A stretch of DNA of 64,000 nucleotides from positions 25,419 to 89,418 of the forward strand of contig JAADJC010000061.1 of the NCBI GenBank assembly GCA_013151025.1, given 5' to 3'. The notes beneath the pieces are model-generated. The model was not told where the DNA came from. It saw only the letters and a program-made list of their open reading frames with translations, and did not search any database. Shown here in pieces: positions 54,956 through 64,000 of the stretch. Both the position numbers and the translations under genes were made by a program. The stretch is from Acidobacteriota bacterium. Its GTDB lineage: Bacteria; Acidobacteriota; Holophagae; Thermotomaculales; Thermotomaculaceae. How positions within the stretch are numbered: the first letter of the stretch is position 1; each line of letters opens with the position of its first letter.

Positions 54956-55897
54956 TCAAAAATGACACCGGTAAAAGCCTGATTCGGATTCTTTTTCCGG
55001 TGGCACTTCTTTTCTGCAGCACTCCGCGACCTGGGAACAACGGGACCAATATCGGCACATATTCCCTTCTGAAACTTCACCGTTGTCTCGCCCTTTCCTC
55101 ACATTTTTCATCAGATCATCCATGCAATAAGGTGGAACCGCCTGTAAAAGTTCTCGTGTATAGGGATGCCGGGGCCTGGAAAGTACCTCTTCCGTTTTCC
55201 CAATTTCTACAATTTCTCCCTCATACATAATGGCCACACGATCCGCAATTCCTTTGAACAGGAGCAGATCATGGGCAATCAACAGGACGGAAATACCGGA
55301 CTTATTACGAAATTCTCTAAGCAGCGCCAGAATTCCCGCTCTGAGTTCCGCGTCCAGCGCACTTACGGGTTCATCGGCAATCAGAAGTCCGGGGCGAAGG
55401 GCCAGTGCTCTGGCAATACACACTCGTTGCTGTTCACCACCGGATAATTGATCCGGCCGTTTCGCCATACATGAAACAGGCAATCCTACGGTCTCAAGCA
55501 ACTTCTTCACTACACTGCTGTTTCCCTCAGAATCCTTTATCCCTTGAATTTTTAACGGCTCCTCTATAATCTTTCCCACTCGCATAATCGGATTTAAAGA
55601 TGCAAAGGGATCCTGGAAAATCGCCTGAATTTCTCTTCTGATACCCTGCCGTCCTACCCGATCAAGGGATGAAAATTCCATCCCCTCATATCTAACCTCT
55701 CCCTCATCCGGTTGTTCAAGCCCAAGTAAGAGACGTGAAACTGTTGTTTTTCCGGAACCGGACTCTCCCGCAAGCCCCAGAATTTCACCGTGGAAAATCT
55801 TAAAAGAAACATTCCGAACCGCTGTCAGCTCAGACCTTATTCCACCGGAAATATGAAATCGTTTTGTCAAATGGGAAACCGTCAATAACGATGACAT
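54956..55897 (-). CDS. Oligopeptide/dipeptide-type ABC ATPase (OppF/DppF-like)
   Basis: ATG 55897 has a GGAAGGTGAG SD. Walker [18 protein letters not shown], Walker B LLIADEPVSALD, Cys-rich tail. Confidence 0.85.
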   Translation of the reverse strand: MSSLLTVSHLTKRFHISGGIRSELTAVRNVSFKIFHGEILGLAGESGSGKTTVSRLLLGLEQPDEGEVRYEGMEFSSLDRVGRQGIRREIQAIFQDPFASLNPIMRVGKIIEEPLKIQGIKDSEGNSSVVKKLLETVGLPVSCMAKRPDQLSGGEQQRVCIARALALRPGLLIADEPVSALDAELRAGILALLREFRNKSGISVLLIAHDLLLFKGIADRVAIMYEGEIVEIGKTEEVLSRPRHPYTRELLQAVPPYCMDDLMKNVRKGRDNGEVSEGNMCRYWSRCSQVAECCRKEVPPEKESESGFYRCHF

Positions 55898-56802
55898 CTC
55901 ACCTTCCTGCCTTCCACTTCGCGTACATGCGGCAACTGAGCTGCGCATTCTTCCCACGGACTGTCGCATCGGCTGAAAAAAGGACAGCCGCAGGACACAA
56001 CAGATACTCCGAATTCCTGGACTGCAATGGGATCCATATTATCACCGGCACCGAGAAGCGCCTGAGAATAGGCGTGAAGCGGTTTTTTTAATATCAATTC
56101 CGTTGGGCCCGATTCCACAATCACACCGCCATTCATCACCGCCATCTTATCTGTAAGTCCGCCAAGGAGAAGAATATTGTGTGTAATCATCAACAGACTG
56201 GACTTTTCCGCCACCTGAAACAGCAGCCCCAGCATCTCCTTTTCCGTTGTCGAATCCAGCCCGGTGGAAAATTCATCCGCAATCACCAGCTCGGGGTTCA
56301 GCATGAAAACCATAGCGAGATAAACCCGCTGCACCATCCCCCCGCTCAGAGAATGTGGATAGGAAGACAAGATTCGCCGAACTTCAATGAACCCGACCTT
56401 GCCCAGCCAATCGGCTGAGACCTCTATCGCTTCTTCCTGTGAATCTGCGCAATCATTTGCAAGCAGGGTCTCTACCATCTGTTGCTGCACTGTATAAACA
56501 GGATCCAATCCGGAAGCCGTATTCTGAACCAGATAGCCGATTCCATTGCCCCGAATCCTTCGTCTAACCAACTCCTTTGTTTTCAGCCAGTCCAGCCCAT
56601 TATACAAAATCTGTCCACCAGTCACGCTGATTCCACGTGGCAAAAGGCCTGTAATCGAGCGTGCCAGCATGCTTTTCCCCGCTCCGGATGCGCCAACCAA
56701 CCCCCAAGTCTCCCCTTTTTCCATTTCCAGTGATACATCGTATAAAATAGGTCTATTTTGAACGGTCACAGATAGATTTTCCACCTTCAGCAGGGCTGAC
56801 AT
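55882..56802 (-). CDS. Oligopeptide/dipeptide-type ABC ATPase (OppD/DppD-like)
   Basis: Walker A GASGAGKS, LSGGMVQR, Walker B variant VIADEFSTGLD, Cys-rich tail CGCPFFSRC...C...C. Confidence 0.85.
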   Translation of the reverse strand: MSALLKVENLSVTVQNRPILYDVSLEMEKGETWGLVGASGAGKSMLARSITGLLPRGISVTGGQILYNGLDWLKTKELVRRRIRGNGIGYLVQNTASGLDPVYTVQQQMVETLLANDCADSQEEAIEVSADWLGKVGFIEVRRILSSYPHSLSGGMVQRVYLAMVFMLNPELVIADEFSTGLDSTTEKEMLGLLFQVAEKSSLLMITHNILLLGGLTDKMAVMNGGVIVESGPTELILKKPLHAYSQALLGAGDNMDPIAVQEFGVSVVSCGCPFFSRCDSPWEECAAQLPHVREVEGRKVRCHRY

Positions 56803-57812
56803 CAGAAAAGTTTCCTGTCCGGGACGGAAAACCCGAACAGCGTATACGCCTTTCCGGTTACACAGCGCCCCCTTGGTGTACGTTCCAGAAATCCCATTTG
56901 CAGAAGATATGGTTCAACCACATCTTCAATCGTATCTCTATCCTCTGAAATCGCTGCTGACAGCGTTCCCAGTCCCACCGGGCCGCCCCCGTAATTTTCG
57001 ATAATTGTTCTAAGAATTCGACGATCCACTTCATCAAAGCCGTGTTCATCCACCTCCAACTGGCCCAAGCCCATACTGGCTATCTCCCTGTCAACCACAC
57101 CATTGCCCTTCACATCGGCAAAATCACGAAGACGACGTAAAAGCCGGTTGGCAATCCGGGGTGTACCCCGTGAACGCCGGGCAATTTCAAACGCACCCGC
57201 CTCGTCAATGGAAACGTTAAGTATTCCTGCCGAGCGCTTCACAATAATAGACAGCTCTTCAACCGTATAAAAATTCAGTCGGTGCACAACCCCGAAACGA
57301 TCCCTGAGGGGCGCTGTCAGCATACCTGCTCTGGTGGTGGCTCCCACAAGCGTAAAGGGGTTCAACTTAAAGCGAAATGACCGGGCGCCCGGTCCGGTTC
57401 CCGTTATCAGATCCAGTTGAAAATCCTCCATAGCCGGATAGAGGATTTCCTCCACTGAAGCCGGCAACCGATGAATCTCATCAACAAACAATACATCCCC
57501 GGGCGCCAACTTTGTCAGAATCGCCGCAAGATCACCGGCCTTCTCAATGACAGGACCCGATGTAGTTTTAATGTGAACACCCAACTCATTGGCAATAATC
57601 ATACCCAAAGTCGTCTTTCCCAGCCCCGGAGGTCCATAGAACAGACAATGATCCAGAGCTTCACCTCGCCGCTTTGCCGCCTCAATATAGATCGAGAGGT
57701 TTTCCTTTATCCGCTCCTGCCCTACATAATCCGCGAGAATTGCAGGGCGCAACGCCTGTTCAAAACTGGATTCATCATTTAACTGTTCCGAATCGTGCAT
57801 CATATCTTCCAT
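56802..57812 (-). CDS. ruvB: Holliday junction branch-migration helicase RuvB
   Basis: LRP..L.DYVGQ, Walker [10 protein letters not shown], Walker [11 protein letters not shown], sensor motifs. Confidence 0.95.
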   Translation of the reverse strand: MEDMMHDSEQLNDESSFEQALRPAILADYVGQERIKENLSIYIEAAKRRGEALDHCLFYGPPGLGKTTLGMIIANELGVHIKTTSGPVIEKAGDLAAILTKLAPGDVLFVDEIHRLPASVEEILYPAMEDFQLDLITGTGPGARSFRFKLNPFTLVGATTRAGMLTAPLRDRFGVVHRLNFYTVEELSIIVKRSAGILNVSIDEAGAFEIARRSRGTPRIANRLLRRLRDFADVKGNGVVDREIASMGLGQLEVDEHGFDEVDRRILRTIIENYGGGPVGLGTLSAAISEDRDTIEDVVEPYLLQMGFLERTPRGRCVTGKAYTLFGFSVPDRKLF

Positions 57813-57900
57813 ACAATCAGTTTACAGCAAAAGACCCCGAGCTTCAATTGGAGAAATGCCGGGAACCAGACCCACCGCTGAGTACGCCGAGGCCGCTGAG

Positions 57901-57965
57901 GAAGAAGAGAAGATCATTTAACACAAAGGCACGGAACCACAAAGGTCAGAAAAATAGGGGAAGAG
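57901..57965 (-). repeat. CTTTGTG-type word array (inverted copy of 34922-34977)
   Basis: The reverse complement reads TTTTCTGACCTTTGTGGTTCCGTGCCTTTGTGTTAA. Confidence 0.75.
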
Positions 57966-57984
57966 AAGTGATGAGTTCAAAAAA

Positions 57985-58006
57985 CACGGTAATGGCAAAC
58001 TCCGTG
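57985..58006 (-). repeat. Hairpin module copy with a covarying stem (CACGG-TAATGGCAAACT-CCGTG)
   Basis: Aligns to the reverse complement of the GGGAA...TTCCC module (AATGGCCAA loop and a ...GTGATT tail), but both stem arms are changed and still pair. Confidence 0.55.
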
Positions 58007-58157
58007 ATTCTTCTGCCGCCCACATTCACTCCCAACGCCCACTCTGCCAATTAAGTCTAAGTTTAAGTAAAGAACAATAGTTGACAGCTTACTCTCTTTC
58101 CGTGCTCAAACTTAAACTCAAACTCAACCTTGACTCCACTTGCATTCAAATTTTCCC

Positions 58158-58186
58158 TTGATTCAATGGATTGAGATGGATATAAT
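58158..58186 (+). promoter_or_regulatory. Promoter of tRNA-Met
   Basis: TTGATT-N17-TATAAT, ending 11 nt before the mature tRNA 5' end. Confidence 0.6.
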
Positions 58187-58197
58187 GGTCGGGCCTT

Positions 58198-58274
58198 GGC
58201 GGTGTAGCTCAGGTGGTTAGAGCATGTGGCTCATATCCGCAGTGTCCGGGGTTCGAGTCCCTGCACCGCCACCA
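58198..58274 (+). tRNA. tRNA with CAT anticodon (elongator Met, or Ile2 if lysidine-modified)
   Basis: GGCGGTGTAGCTCAGGTGGTTAGAGC...anticodon loop CTCATAT...GGTTCGAGTCC...CACCGCCACCA. It lacks the initiator features (C1:A72, GGG/CCC anticodon stem). Confidence 0.9.
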
Positions 58275-58306
58275 TTTCTTACTTTTTGAATTAATACGCA
58301 ATCAAA

Positions 58307-58337
58307 CAAAAAAAAACCCGCCGTACGGCGGGTTTTT
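58307..58337. terminator. Bidirectional intrinsic terminator
   Basis: A-run, CCCGCC-GTAC-GGCGGG, T-run. It can serve tRNA-Met (+) and the Spy-like gene (-). Confidence 0.75.
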
Positions 58338-58358
58338 CTCATTCTATTACAGTTCAGT

Positions 58359-58889
58359 TTACCAGTTGTTTTGCATTCCCTGACGACCGCCTCTTTTCAT
58401 TCCGCGGTCCATTCTACTGCCATGATGATCCTTCATGTTCATGAACTGCTGGCGTTTGTCCTTTGCGATGTCCAGCAGTTTCTGGCGCTGGTCTTTTGTC
58501 AGCAGGTCGTGGAGTGCCTGAATTTTCTGAGTCATGAACTTCTCCACTTCCACCCGTTTCTGATCCCGCATTTTCTCCCTTTCAACCCGAATGGCTTCCG
58601 CATTGAAGGAATCAGAAACAAATTCATCCATACCTTGGTCCTGCCGGCCTTTCATGGCTTTCACCTGACTTTGCCAGTAGCTTTTAACCTCGGTTAGAAG
58701 TGCGTCCAATTTCTGGTTCTGGGTTTCGTTCAATCCCAGTTCCGGTCGAGCAGCTGCTACCAACCGAAAAAGCATTCCAGTTCGATTCTGCCGAATATTC
58801 GGCCGGTTCTGCCGGACACGTCCCTGGGCTGCCATCAGTGTCCCTGCCACCATTACGATTCCCAATACTGCAATAACTGTTCTTTTCAT
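58359..58889 (-). CDS. Periplasmic Spy/CpxP-family (LTxxQ) protein
   Basis: ATG 58889 has a GGGAGGAAAG SD. Signal peptide. Two LTxxQ-type motifs (LNETQNQKL, LTKDQRQKL). Basic/His-rich tail. Confidence 0.75.
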   Translation of the reverse strand: MKRTVIAVLGIVMVAGTLMAAQGRVRQNRPNIRQNRTGMLFRLVAAARPELGLNETQNQKLDALLTEVKSYWQSQVKAMKGRQDQGMDEFVSDSFNAEAIRVEREKMRDQKRVEVEKFMTQKIQALHDLLTKDQRQKLLDIAKDKRQQFMNMKDHHGSRMDRGMKRGGRQGMQNNW

Positions 58890-58970
58890 TCTTTCCTCCC
58901 TGTTGGCCACGGGGCCTTTTGTTTACATATATAAAATACGGGGAGAGTATGTCGCCACGGTTTCCGCCTT

Positions 58971-58990
58971 GTAACAATTTGTAACAATTT
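58971..58990. promoter_or_regulatory. Perfect tandem direct repeat GTAACAATTT x2 (GTAAC-N5-GTAAC)
   Basis: 82-101 nt upstream of the Spy/CpxP-like start. Resembles an OmpR-family (CpxR GTAAA-N5-GTAAA) site. Confidence 0.4.
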
Positions 58991-59009
58991 CACGCCTGAG
59001 AAGAAATAA

Positions 59010-59057
59010 TGGGTGATGGGTGATTTTTCTATCATTTAACATCCAGCGCAAAGCGCC
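59010..59057 (-). repeat. Gene-end hairpin plus heptad words
   Basis: GGCGC-TTT-GCGCT (minus strand, 59045-59057) lies 18 nt after the ftsZ stop. It is followed by GATGTTA AATGATA ... and TCACCCA x2. Confidence 0.65.
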
Positions 59058-59075
59058 GTCCAAGGGCACTTCCCC

Positions 59076-60395
59076 TCAATTCTTTTTGTCCAGATGACCC
59101 GTTTGAACGGCTTTTCTGAGAAACGCCGGGATTTTTCTCACCCTGTCAAGGTCGTCCGAGTTTACCGCCGCCGCAGATGGGGAATGTACGATTTCTTTGT
59201 ATTCATCCGTCTGGAGAAGACGGCTGACGATCCCGGAACAGGGATGTTCTTTGTCCACGCCCTCTGATGGCTCACTTTCCACCTTTATCGTAGGCTCCAG
59301 ATCATCAGATGTAATTTCGGGAACGCCACCTGAAATAGTCCCTTTTGAGAGGTATGTGTCCCGCATTGTACTCGCTCGTTTCATGTCCCGGGGCCCCTGG
59401 CCTTCAATCTTTCCGTAATCAAAACCGGTGGCAATGAGGGTCACACGTAATTTGTCACCGATGCTTTCATCTTCCACAGTACCTTTTATTATATGCACAT
59501 GCTCACCCAGCTCGTTGTTCAGGGTTTGAAGCAGCAAGCGGTTTTCGCCCACAGTCAACTGATGATCTCCGGTTCCTGCCGTTACGTTGACAATAACGCC
59601 CCTGGATTCCATCAGGGAGAAGTTGTCCAGCAGGGGGGATTGCAGGGCCGCTGTCAGCGCTTCCCGTGCCCTGTCCACACCGAAGGCCTCTCCCAATCCC
59701 ATCAGGGCAAAGCCCTTGAAACCGAAGATTGTGCGCATGTCGGCAAAGTCCACATTTTCCGTTCCGGGCACGAACACGATATCAACAATGCCTCTCAGCG
59801 CATTCTTCAATATGGTGTCGATTTCTTCATACGCCATTTTCCAGGGCGTATCATCGGGTAAAATGTCAAAGATTTTGTCGTTCTTAATGGTAATCATGGA
59901 ATCCACATGGTCAATTAACTGACTGTATCCTTCCACAAAATTTCTGAATCGGACATTTTTCTCAAATTCAAAAGGCTGGGTAACAATAGCGACAGTCAGT
60001 ATCCCCAGTTCACTTGCCAATCGTGCAATCACAGGAGCCGCGCCAGTTCCTGTTCCGCCACCGAGGCCTGCAGTGATGAATACCATATGTGCCCCTTCAA
60101 TTGCAGATCTGAGCTTGTCCATGTCTTCGATGGCAGATCGTTCCCCCATTTTGGGGTCCGAACCGGCACCGAGGCCCTCGGTCAGTCTCTCCCCAATCTG
60201 AATCTTAATCGGGGCATGGGAACTGATAAGGGACTGCAAATCGGTATTCACCGCAATGAATTCCACATGTTTCAAGTTGGATTCAATCATACGGTTCACG
60301 GCATTGCACCCGGCACCGCCCACACCAAATACCTTGATAATGGGCCGTGCCATCCTGTTTTCTTCAATCAGAATGGCGCTGTCTCTAATTGGCAT
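59076..60395 (-). CDS. ftsZ: Cell division GTPase FtsZ
   Basis: IKVFGVGGAGCNAV, the GGGTGTGAAPV tubulin signature, a long linker and a conserved C-terminal peptide (IPAFLRK). ATG 60353 is an alternative start. Confidence 0.95.
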   Translation of the reverse strand: MPIRDSAILIEENRMARPIIKVFGVGGAGCNAVNRMIESNLKHVEFIAVNTDLQSLISSHAPIKIQIGERLTEGLGAGSDPKMGERSAIEDMDKLRSAIEGAHMVFITAGLGGGTGTGAAPVIARLASELGILTVAIVTQPFEFEKNVRFRNFVEGYSQLIDHVDSMITIKNDKIFDILPDDTPWKMAYEEIDTILKNALRGIVDIVFVPGTENVDFADMRTIFGFKGFALMGLGEAFGVDRAREALTAALQSPLLDNFSLMESRGVIVNVTAGTGDHQLTVGENRLLLQTLNNELGEHVHIIKGTVEDESIGDKLRVTLIATGFDYGKIEGQGPRDMKRASTMRDTYLSKGTISGGVPEITSDDLEPTIKVESEPSEGVDKEHPCSGIVSRLLQTDEYKEIVHSPSAAAVNSDDLDRVRKIPAFLRKAVQTGHLDKKN

Positions 60396-60397
60396 TC

Positions 60398-61660
60398 TTA
60401 ACCCCTTTTAAATTTTCCGAAAATTTCCCGGATCATGCCCCGGATCCTTCCGCCCCCATTCTCATAGGAACGAAAAACCTTGGACCGTTCATCTCCCAGA
60501 TAATAATAATTGGCCAGCCCATAGGCTGTCACAAATTCCGGTACGTTTATTTCCGCCATCATGTCGTCCCCTGAAATCCAGGGAGTCGCGACGCTGACGG
60601 GCTTTCCGAAACGCCTGCGGCAAAGCTCTGTGATTCCCGCAAATCTTGCGGTTCCACCGGATAAAACCACTTCATCCACTTCGTCGAGAAGCGAGTTCTT
60701 TTCAATGTCACAGGCAACTTCGTCGAAGATTTCATAAAGTCGGTCAACCATTACGGTAACAAACTGTTCCCGGGTCAATGCGGCTTCAGCCCGGCCGGAT
60801 GCGCCCTGCAGTACGATCTCTTCGTCGGCTCTGTCAATTTTCAATTTGTTATAACGCTTTTTCAGCATATCCACCGCATTTAATGTGTTGTAGCTGCTTG
60901 GAACCATGTAGGCCACCAGCAGATCCGATGTCACAAACTTGCCACCGGCGGGGATACTGCCCATATATATGACAGAACCATTCTGGTAAACAGAAAATGT
61001 GGTCAGGGAAGCGCCCATGTCAATATGGACACAACCCTTTTCCCTGGCATATCTGGATACGGCCACTGTCCCGGCTGCAATGGGATTGAGGAAAATGTCT
61101 TCACAGAAGAAACCGGCTTTCTCAATACATTTCCGTGTCACCATAACGGATGAGGACGGTGCCGAACAGATGAGCAGGTTCACGTCCAGACGATTGGCCG
61201 GCATGTCCAATGGGTTCTGCACTCGTTTCGCGTTGTCTATGATGTAATCTTCAACGAGAATGTCGATAATTTCATGGTCACCGGGATAACGGATGTTCTG
61301 GGCGGTTTCAATTGCCTGATGAATATGTTCCCGGGTCACCTGTCCAGGGGCACCTCTCTCATGGGGAATGGAAATAGGACCGGTGGAGTGGTACTGATTG
61401 ATGTCCGTTACCGGCAACCCACATACTACGCAGGAACTGGAAACACCGGCGATATTGCAGGCCTCCTGGATTACGGTAGTAAGGCTCAAGGCAAGGGAAT
61501 TAACGTCGGTAATACGGCCATTTTTGTCTATGTAAAGTGACTCTCCCTTGTGATAGCCCCGGACAGTGGGCTTCCCTGTATCATCGTCAAATCCGCATAC
61601 CAATGCTTTGATTTCACTGGAACCCAAATCCACTGCCACAATGGTGTTACGGTCTGCCAT
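60398..61660 (-). CDS. ftsA: Cell division protein FtsA
   Basis: Actin-fold motifs (VAVDLGSSEIK, HIDMGASLT, VLSGGTARF). dcw cluster context. Confidence 0.92.
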   Translation of the reverse strand: MADRNTIVAVDLGSSEIKALVCGFDDDTGKPTVRGYHKGESLYIDKNGRITDVNSLALSLTTVIQEACNIAGVSSSCVVCGLPVTDINQYHSTGPISIPHERGAPGQVTREHIHQAIETAQNIRYPGDHEIIDILVEDYIIDNAKRVQNPLDMPANRLDVNLLICSAPSSSVMVTRKCIEKAGFFCEDIFLNPIAAGTVAVSRYAREKGCVHIDMGASLTTFSVYQNGSVIYMGSIPAGGKFVTSDLLVAYMVPSSYNTLNAVDMLKKRYNKLKIDRADEEIVLQGASGRAEAALTREQFVTVMVDRLYEIFDEVACDIEKNSLLDEVDEVVLSGGTARFAGITELCRRRFGKPVSVATPWISGDDMMAEINVPEFVTAYGLANYYYLGDERSKVFRSYENGGGRIRGMIREIFGKFKRG

Positions 61661-61670
61661 TCACCACTCC

Positions 61671-62444
61671 TTACTTTGGTTTTACCACAATTTCCCGACG
61701 AAATGATAAATCAATATAATCTACATTATCATACCGTGATTTAATAAAATTCTCTACCCTTAAAAATTGTCTCACATTTTTAAACGAACCGAATGGGTCC
61801 ACATAGATTTTCCACGGAGTATCCCGAAGGTAACAAACCCACTTCTCGTTGCCCTTATGAACCACAAGTTCAGACAATCGGGTATAAAATGTTCCGTTAT
61901 CAAGCGTGCGGATTTTTTCAAGTTTATGCACAATAAATGGCAATTCTTTTTCATCACAGTCTATGATGGGGAAATTTCTATACGAAAAATCCGGGGTAAA
62001 GGGAGCAATGCGACTGCCTGTCCCGTCCACAATCCAGACATCTCCCTTTTGAGTACGATATAGTGCAACAGGCTGCTTCTCCCGTACCACAATGGTTACC
62101 CGGCTCCCGGGCAGAGCCTGAACGGTAACACTGTCTATCCAGGGGATGGCCTCGGCAGTTCTTTTAATTGTTTTTCTGTCCATATCCCAGTATGACTTGC
62201 CCAGATAAGGTGCCAGTGCCTGCTGCAATTCTGCAGAGTTATTGTAGTACACGTTCCGAATCTGAAATTCACGCACCCGGAAAATATCGGTAAAGTAGTA
62301 TTTCAAAGGCGGGAAAATCCACGCTGCAAGTATACCCAGCACAACCACACCCACAAGATACAGGGTGATACGGCCACCGTATTTCTTCAACATACGATGA
62401 GACCGCATTTTGAACCGGACAGTGGCGGGGCTCTTCCTTGTCAT
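61671..62444 (-). CDS. ftsQ: Cell division protein FtsQ (POTRA domain)
   Basis: Single N-terminal TM followed by a POTRA-like domain. Lies between murC and ftsA. Confidence 0.8.
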   Translation of the reverse strand: MTRKSPATVRFKMRSHRMLKKYGGRITLYLVGVVVLGILAAWIFPPLKYYFTDIFRVREFQIRNVYYNNSAELQQALAPYLGKSYWDMDRKTIKRTAEAIPWIDSVTVQALPGSRVTIVVREKQPVALYRTQKGDVWIVDGTGSRIAPFTPDFSYRNFPIIDCDEKELPFIVHKLEKIRTLDNGTFYTRLSELVVHKGNEKWVCYLRDTPWKIYVDPFGSFKNVRQFLRVENFIKSRYDNVDYIDLSFRREIVVKPK

Positions 62445-63817
62445 TTTGTTCCTGCCTCTCTTCCAAATTCCCTCGCGATGGCATCAATTGTACCGGCACC
62501 GAGAAAGACCATCAGGTCTCCTTCCCTTACATTGGCTTTCAGAGACTTAACAAGTGCTTCAGCACTTTCAGCAAGGGTAACGTCACGGTGACCGGATTTG
62601 CGAATCCCCTCCACCAGAGCATCACTGGAAATGCCGTCAATGGGTTCTTCTCCTGCGGAATAAATCGGCAACAACCGGAGAATATCCGACTGATGAAAGG
62701 AAAAACGAAAATTCTCAAACTGGTTCCGGGTTCTTGTGTAGCGATGGGGCTGAAAAGCACATACTATCCGTTTCGGCCGATAATATTCACGCAAAGCACC
62801 AAGGGTTTTTTCAATCTCCACCGGGTGGTGTGCATAGTCTGAAATCACCCGGCATCCCCTGTACTCTCCAACTGTTTCCGAGCGGCGTCTGGTACCGGAG
62901 TAAGCCGCAAGTCCCTCTTGTATTGTATCTGCATTCAGTTCCATTTCCCGTGCCAGCGCAATGACGGAAAGGGCATTGAGAATATTGTGCCGTCCCGGCG
63001 CCCTCAGGACAAAACGACCCAGAAATTGACCATTCTCCCGCACAATAAATCCGTACCCATTATCGCTTATCTGGATATTTTCGGCCTGGTAATCACAATG
63101 GGCTGAAAGACCGTAGGTGATTACCCGGCGGCGAATGTCAGGAATAATGGATTTGATTCTGCTATCTTCGAGGCAGACAATAGCGGCACCGAAAAAAGGT
63201 ACTTTATTGGCAAACTCAGTAAAACTCCGCTTCAGGTTATCCATAGTCCCATAATAGTTCATGTGGTCTTCGTCAATATTGGTAATGACGGCATAGATCG
63301 GACTCAGTCTCAGGAAAGAACCATCGGATTCATCCGCTTCAGCTACAAGATATTTGGAACTTCCCAGCCGTGCGTTGGAACCGTACGCAGAAAAAATGCC
63401 CCCGATAATGACAGTGGGATCCAGACCTCCCCGTGACAACACAGAAGCTGCAATGGAAGTCGTAGTCGTTTTTCCATGTGTACCGGAAATGGCGATTCCC
63501 GCCTTCATGCGCATCAGCTCCGCCAGCATTTCCCCTCTGGGTATCACGGGGATATTCCGATTCTCCGCTTCCTGCCATTCCGGATTCTCTTTATGAATAG
63601 CTGTGGACACCACCACGGCATCTGCGTCCGCCACATTGGCAGCATCATGACCGTAGGCCACAGATATTCCGAGAGATTCCAGCCGTTTCGTATAATCACT
63701 GTGGGCCAGGTCGGATCCGGTCACGTGAAAACCAAGGTTGTGCAACACTTCGGCAATTCCACTCATTCCCGTACCGCCAATGCCGACAAAATGAATTGTC
63801 TTAAACCGTCCGAACAT
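62441..63817 (-). CDS. murC: UDP-N-acetylmuramate--L-alanine ligase
   Basis: HFVGIGGTGMSG and GTHGKTTTT P-loop, Mur ligase middle and C-terminal domains. Confidence 0.95.
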   Translation of the reverse strand: MFGRFKTIHFVGIGGTGMSGIAEVLHNLGFHVTGSDLAHSDYTKRLESLGISVAYGHDAANVADADAVVVSTAIHKENPEWQEAENRNIPVIPRGEMLAELMRMKAGIAISGTHGKTTTTSIAASVLSRGGLDPTVIIGGIFSAYGSNARLGSSKYLVAEADESDGSFLRLSPIYAVITNIDEDHMNYYGTMDNLKRSFTEFANKVPFFGAAIVCLEDSRIKSIIPDIRRRVITYGLSAHCDYQAENIQISDNGYGFIVRENGQFLGRFVLRAPGRHNILNALSVIALAREMELNADTIQEGLAAYSGTRRRSETVGEYRGCRVISDYAHHPVEIEKTLGALREYYRPKRIVCAFQPHRYTRTRNQFENFRFSFHQSDILRLLPIYSAGEEPIDGISSDALVEGIRKSGHRDVTLAESAEALVKSLKANVREGDLMVFLGAGTIDAIAREFGREAGTK

Positions 63818-63830
63818 TTTCTTCTCCTGG

Positions 63831-63849
63831 CTCTGCCCGGCGGGCAGAG
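63831..63849 (-). other. 8-bp hairpin CTCTGCCC-GGC-GGGCAGAG abutting the murC Shine-Dalgarno
   Basis: Perfect stem with a 3-nt loop. On the minus strand it is immediately followed by CCAGGAGAAGAAAATG. Confidence 0.6.
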
Positions 63850-63853
63850 TTGT

Positions 63854-63870
63854 GCAAGTGCGAGTGCGAG
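63854..63870 (+). repeat. GCAAGTGCGAGTGCGAG 17-mer
   Basis: Identical to 22515-22531. Confidence 0.7.
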
Positions 63871-63930
63871 TCAGAAAAAAACCGGACTGCCTGCTCTCTC
63901 TCTTTACTTAAACTCAAACGCGCCTCCTCT

Positions 63931-63970
63931 TCACTCATCACTCATCACCCATCACGCGGCCTCAGGCCGC
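63931..63970 (-). repeat. Hairpin plus heptads (TCACTCA TCACTCA TCACCCA)
   Basis: GCGGCC-TCA-GGCCGC (63956-63970). On the minus strand it is followed by GTGATGG GTGATGA GTGATGA. Presumably the 3' end of the out-of-window gene upstream of murC. Confidence 0.75.
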
Positions 63971-64000
63971 TTCATTCTTCTCCCTTCAGCTTCACAGTCA

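Noticed and set aside
57674-58054. 126-codon ORF spanning the ruvB start and the spacer before tRNA-Met
   Set aside because: It begins antisense to ruvB and then reads through repeat modules. It has no SD.

Overview
This is a 64-kb chromosomal segment from a diderm (Gram-negative-type) bacterium, dominated by housekeeping genes. The lineage looks poorly characterised (DUF4388, split transketolase, TonB_C fusions), but no rRNA is present to place it. I call about 58 protein genes. They include hutH (5' truncated), a glyoxylate-reductase-like dehydrogenase, a PilT-like ATPase operon, maeB, and a split transketolase with udk inserted and ftsEX attached. Further calls are a DUF2339/DUF3999 pair, apbC/mrp, dtxR-feoA-feoB, glmU, a DUF4388 protein, two TonB_C proteins, two permeases, an RND efflux pair and an NtrB/NtrC-type two-component system with an M23 peptidase. 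The rest are Smr, a methyltransferase, a REC-Ser/Thr kinase-TonB_C fusion, aconitase-family dehydratase subunits, trkAH, FHA-GGDEF, oppDF-like ATPases, ruvB, a Spy/CpxP-like protein and murC-ftsQAZ. There are five tRNAs: Sec, His, Arg, Pro and Met(CAT). I saw no transposase, integrase, phage gene, CRISPR array or rRNA. The most unusual signal is non-coding. Almost every larger intergenic region is built from a small set of recurring modules. These are short perfect GC hairpins at gene ends followed by TG-anchored tandem heptads, a GGGAA-loop-TTCCCCGCC hairpin, an 11-bp hairpin present twice with compensatory base-pair changes, an AAGGTTGAGT module, and CTTTGTG and GCAAGTGCGAG word arrays. Candidate protein-level novelties are a cNMP/FHA-small protein-PilT-like operon, a REC-kinase-TM-TonB_C fusion, and a second coiled-coil TonB_C protein coupled to DUF4388. 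All product calls come from reading motifs by eye. No database search was run.
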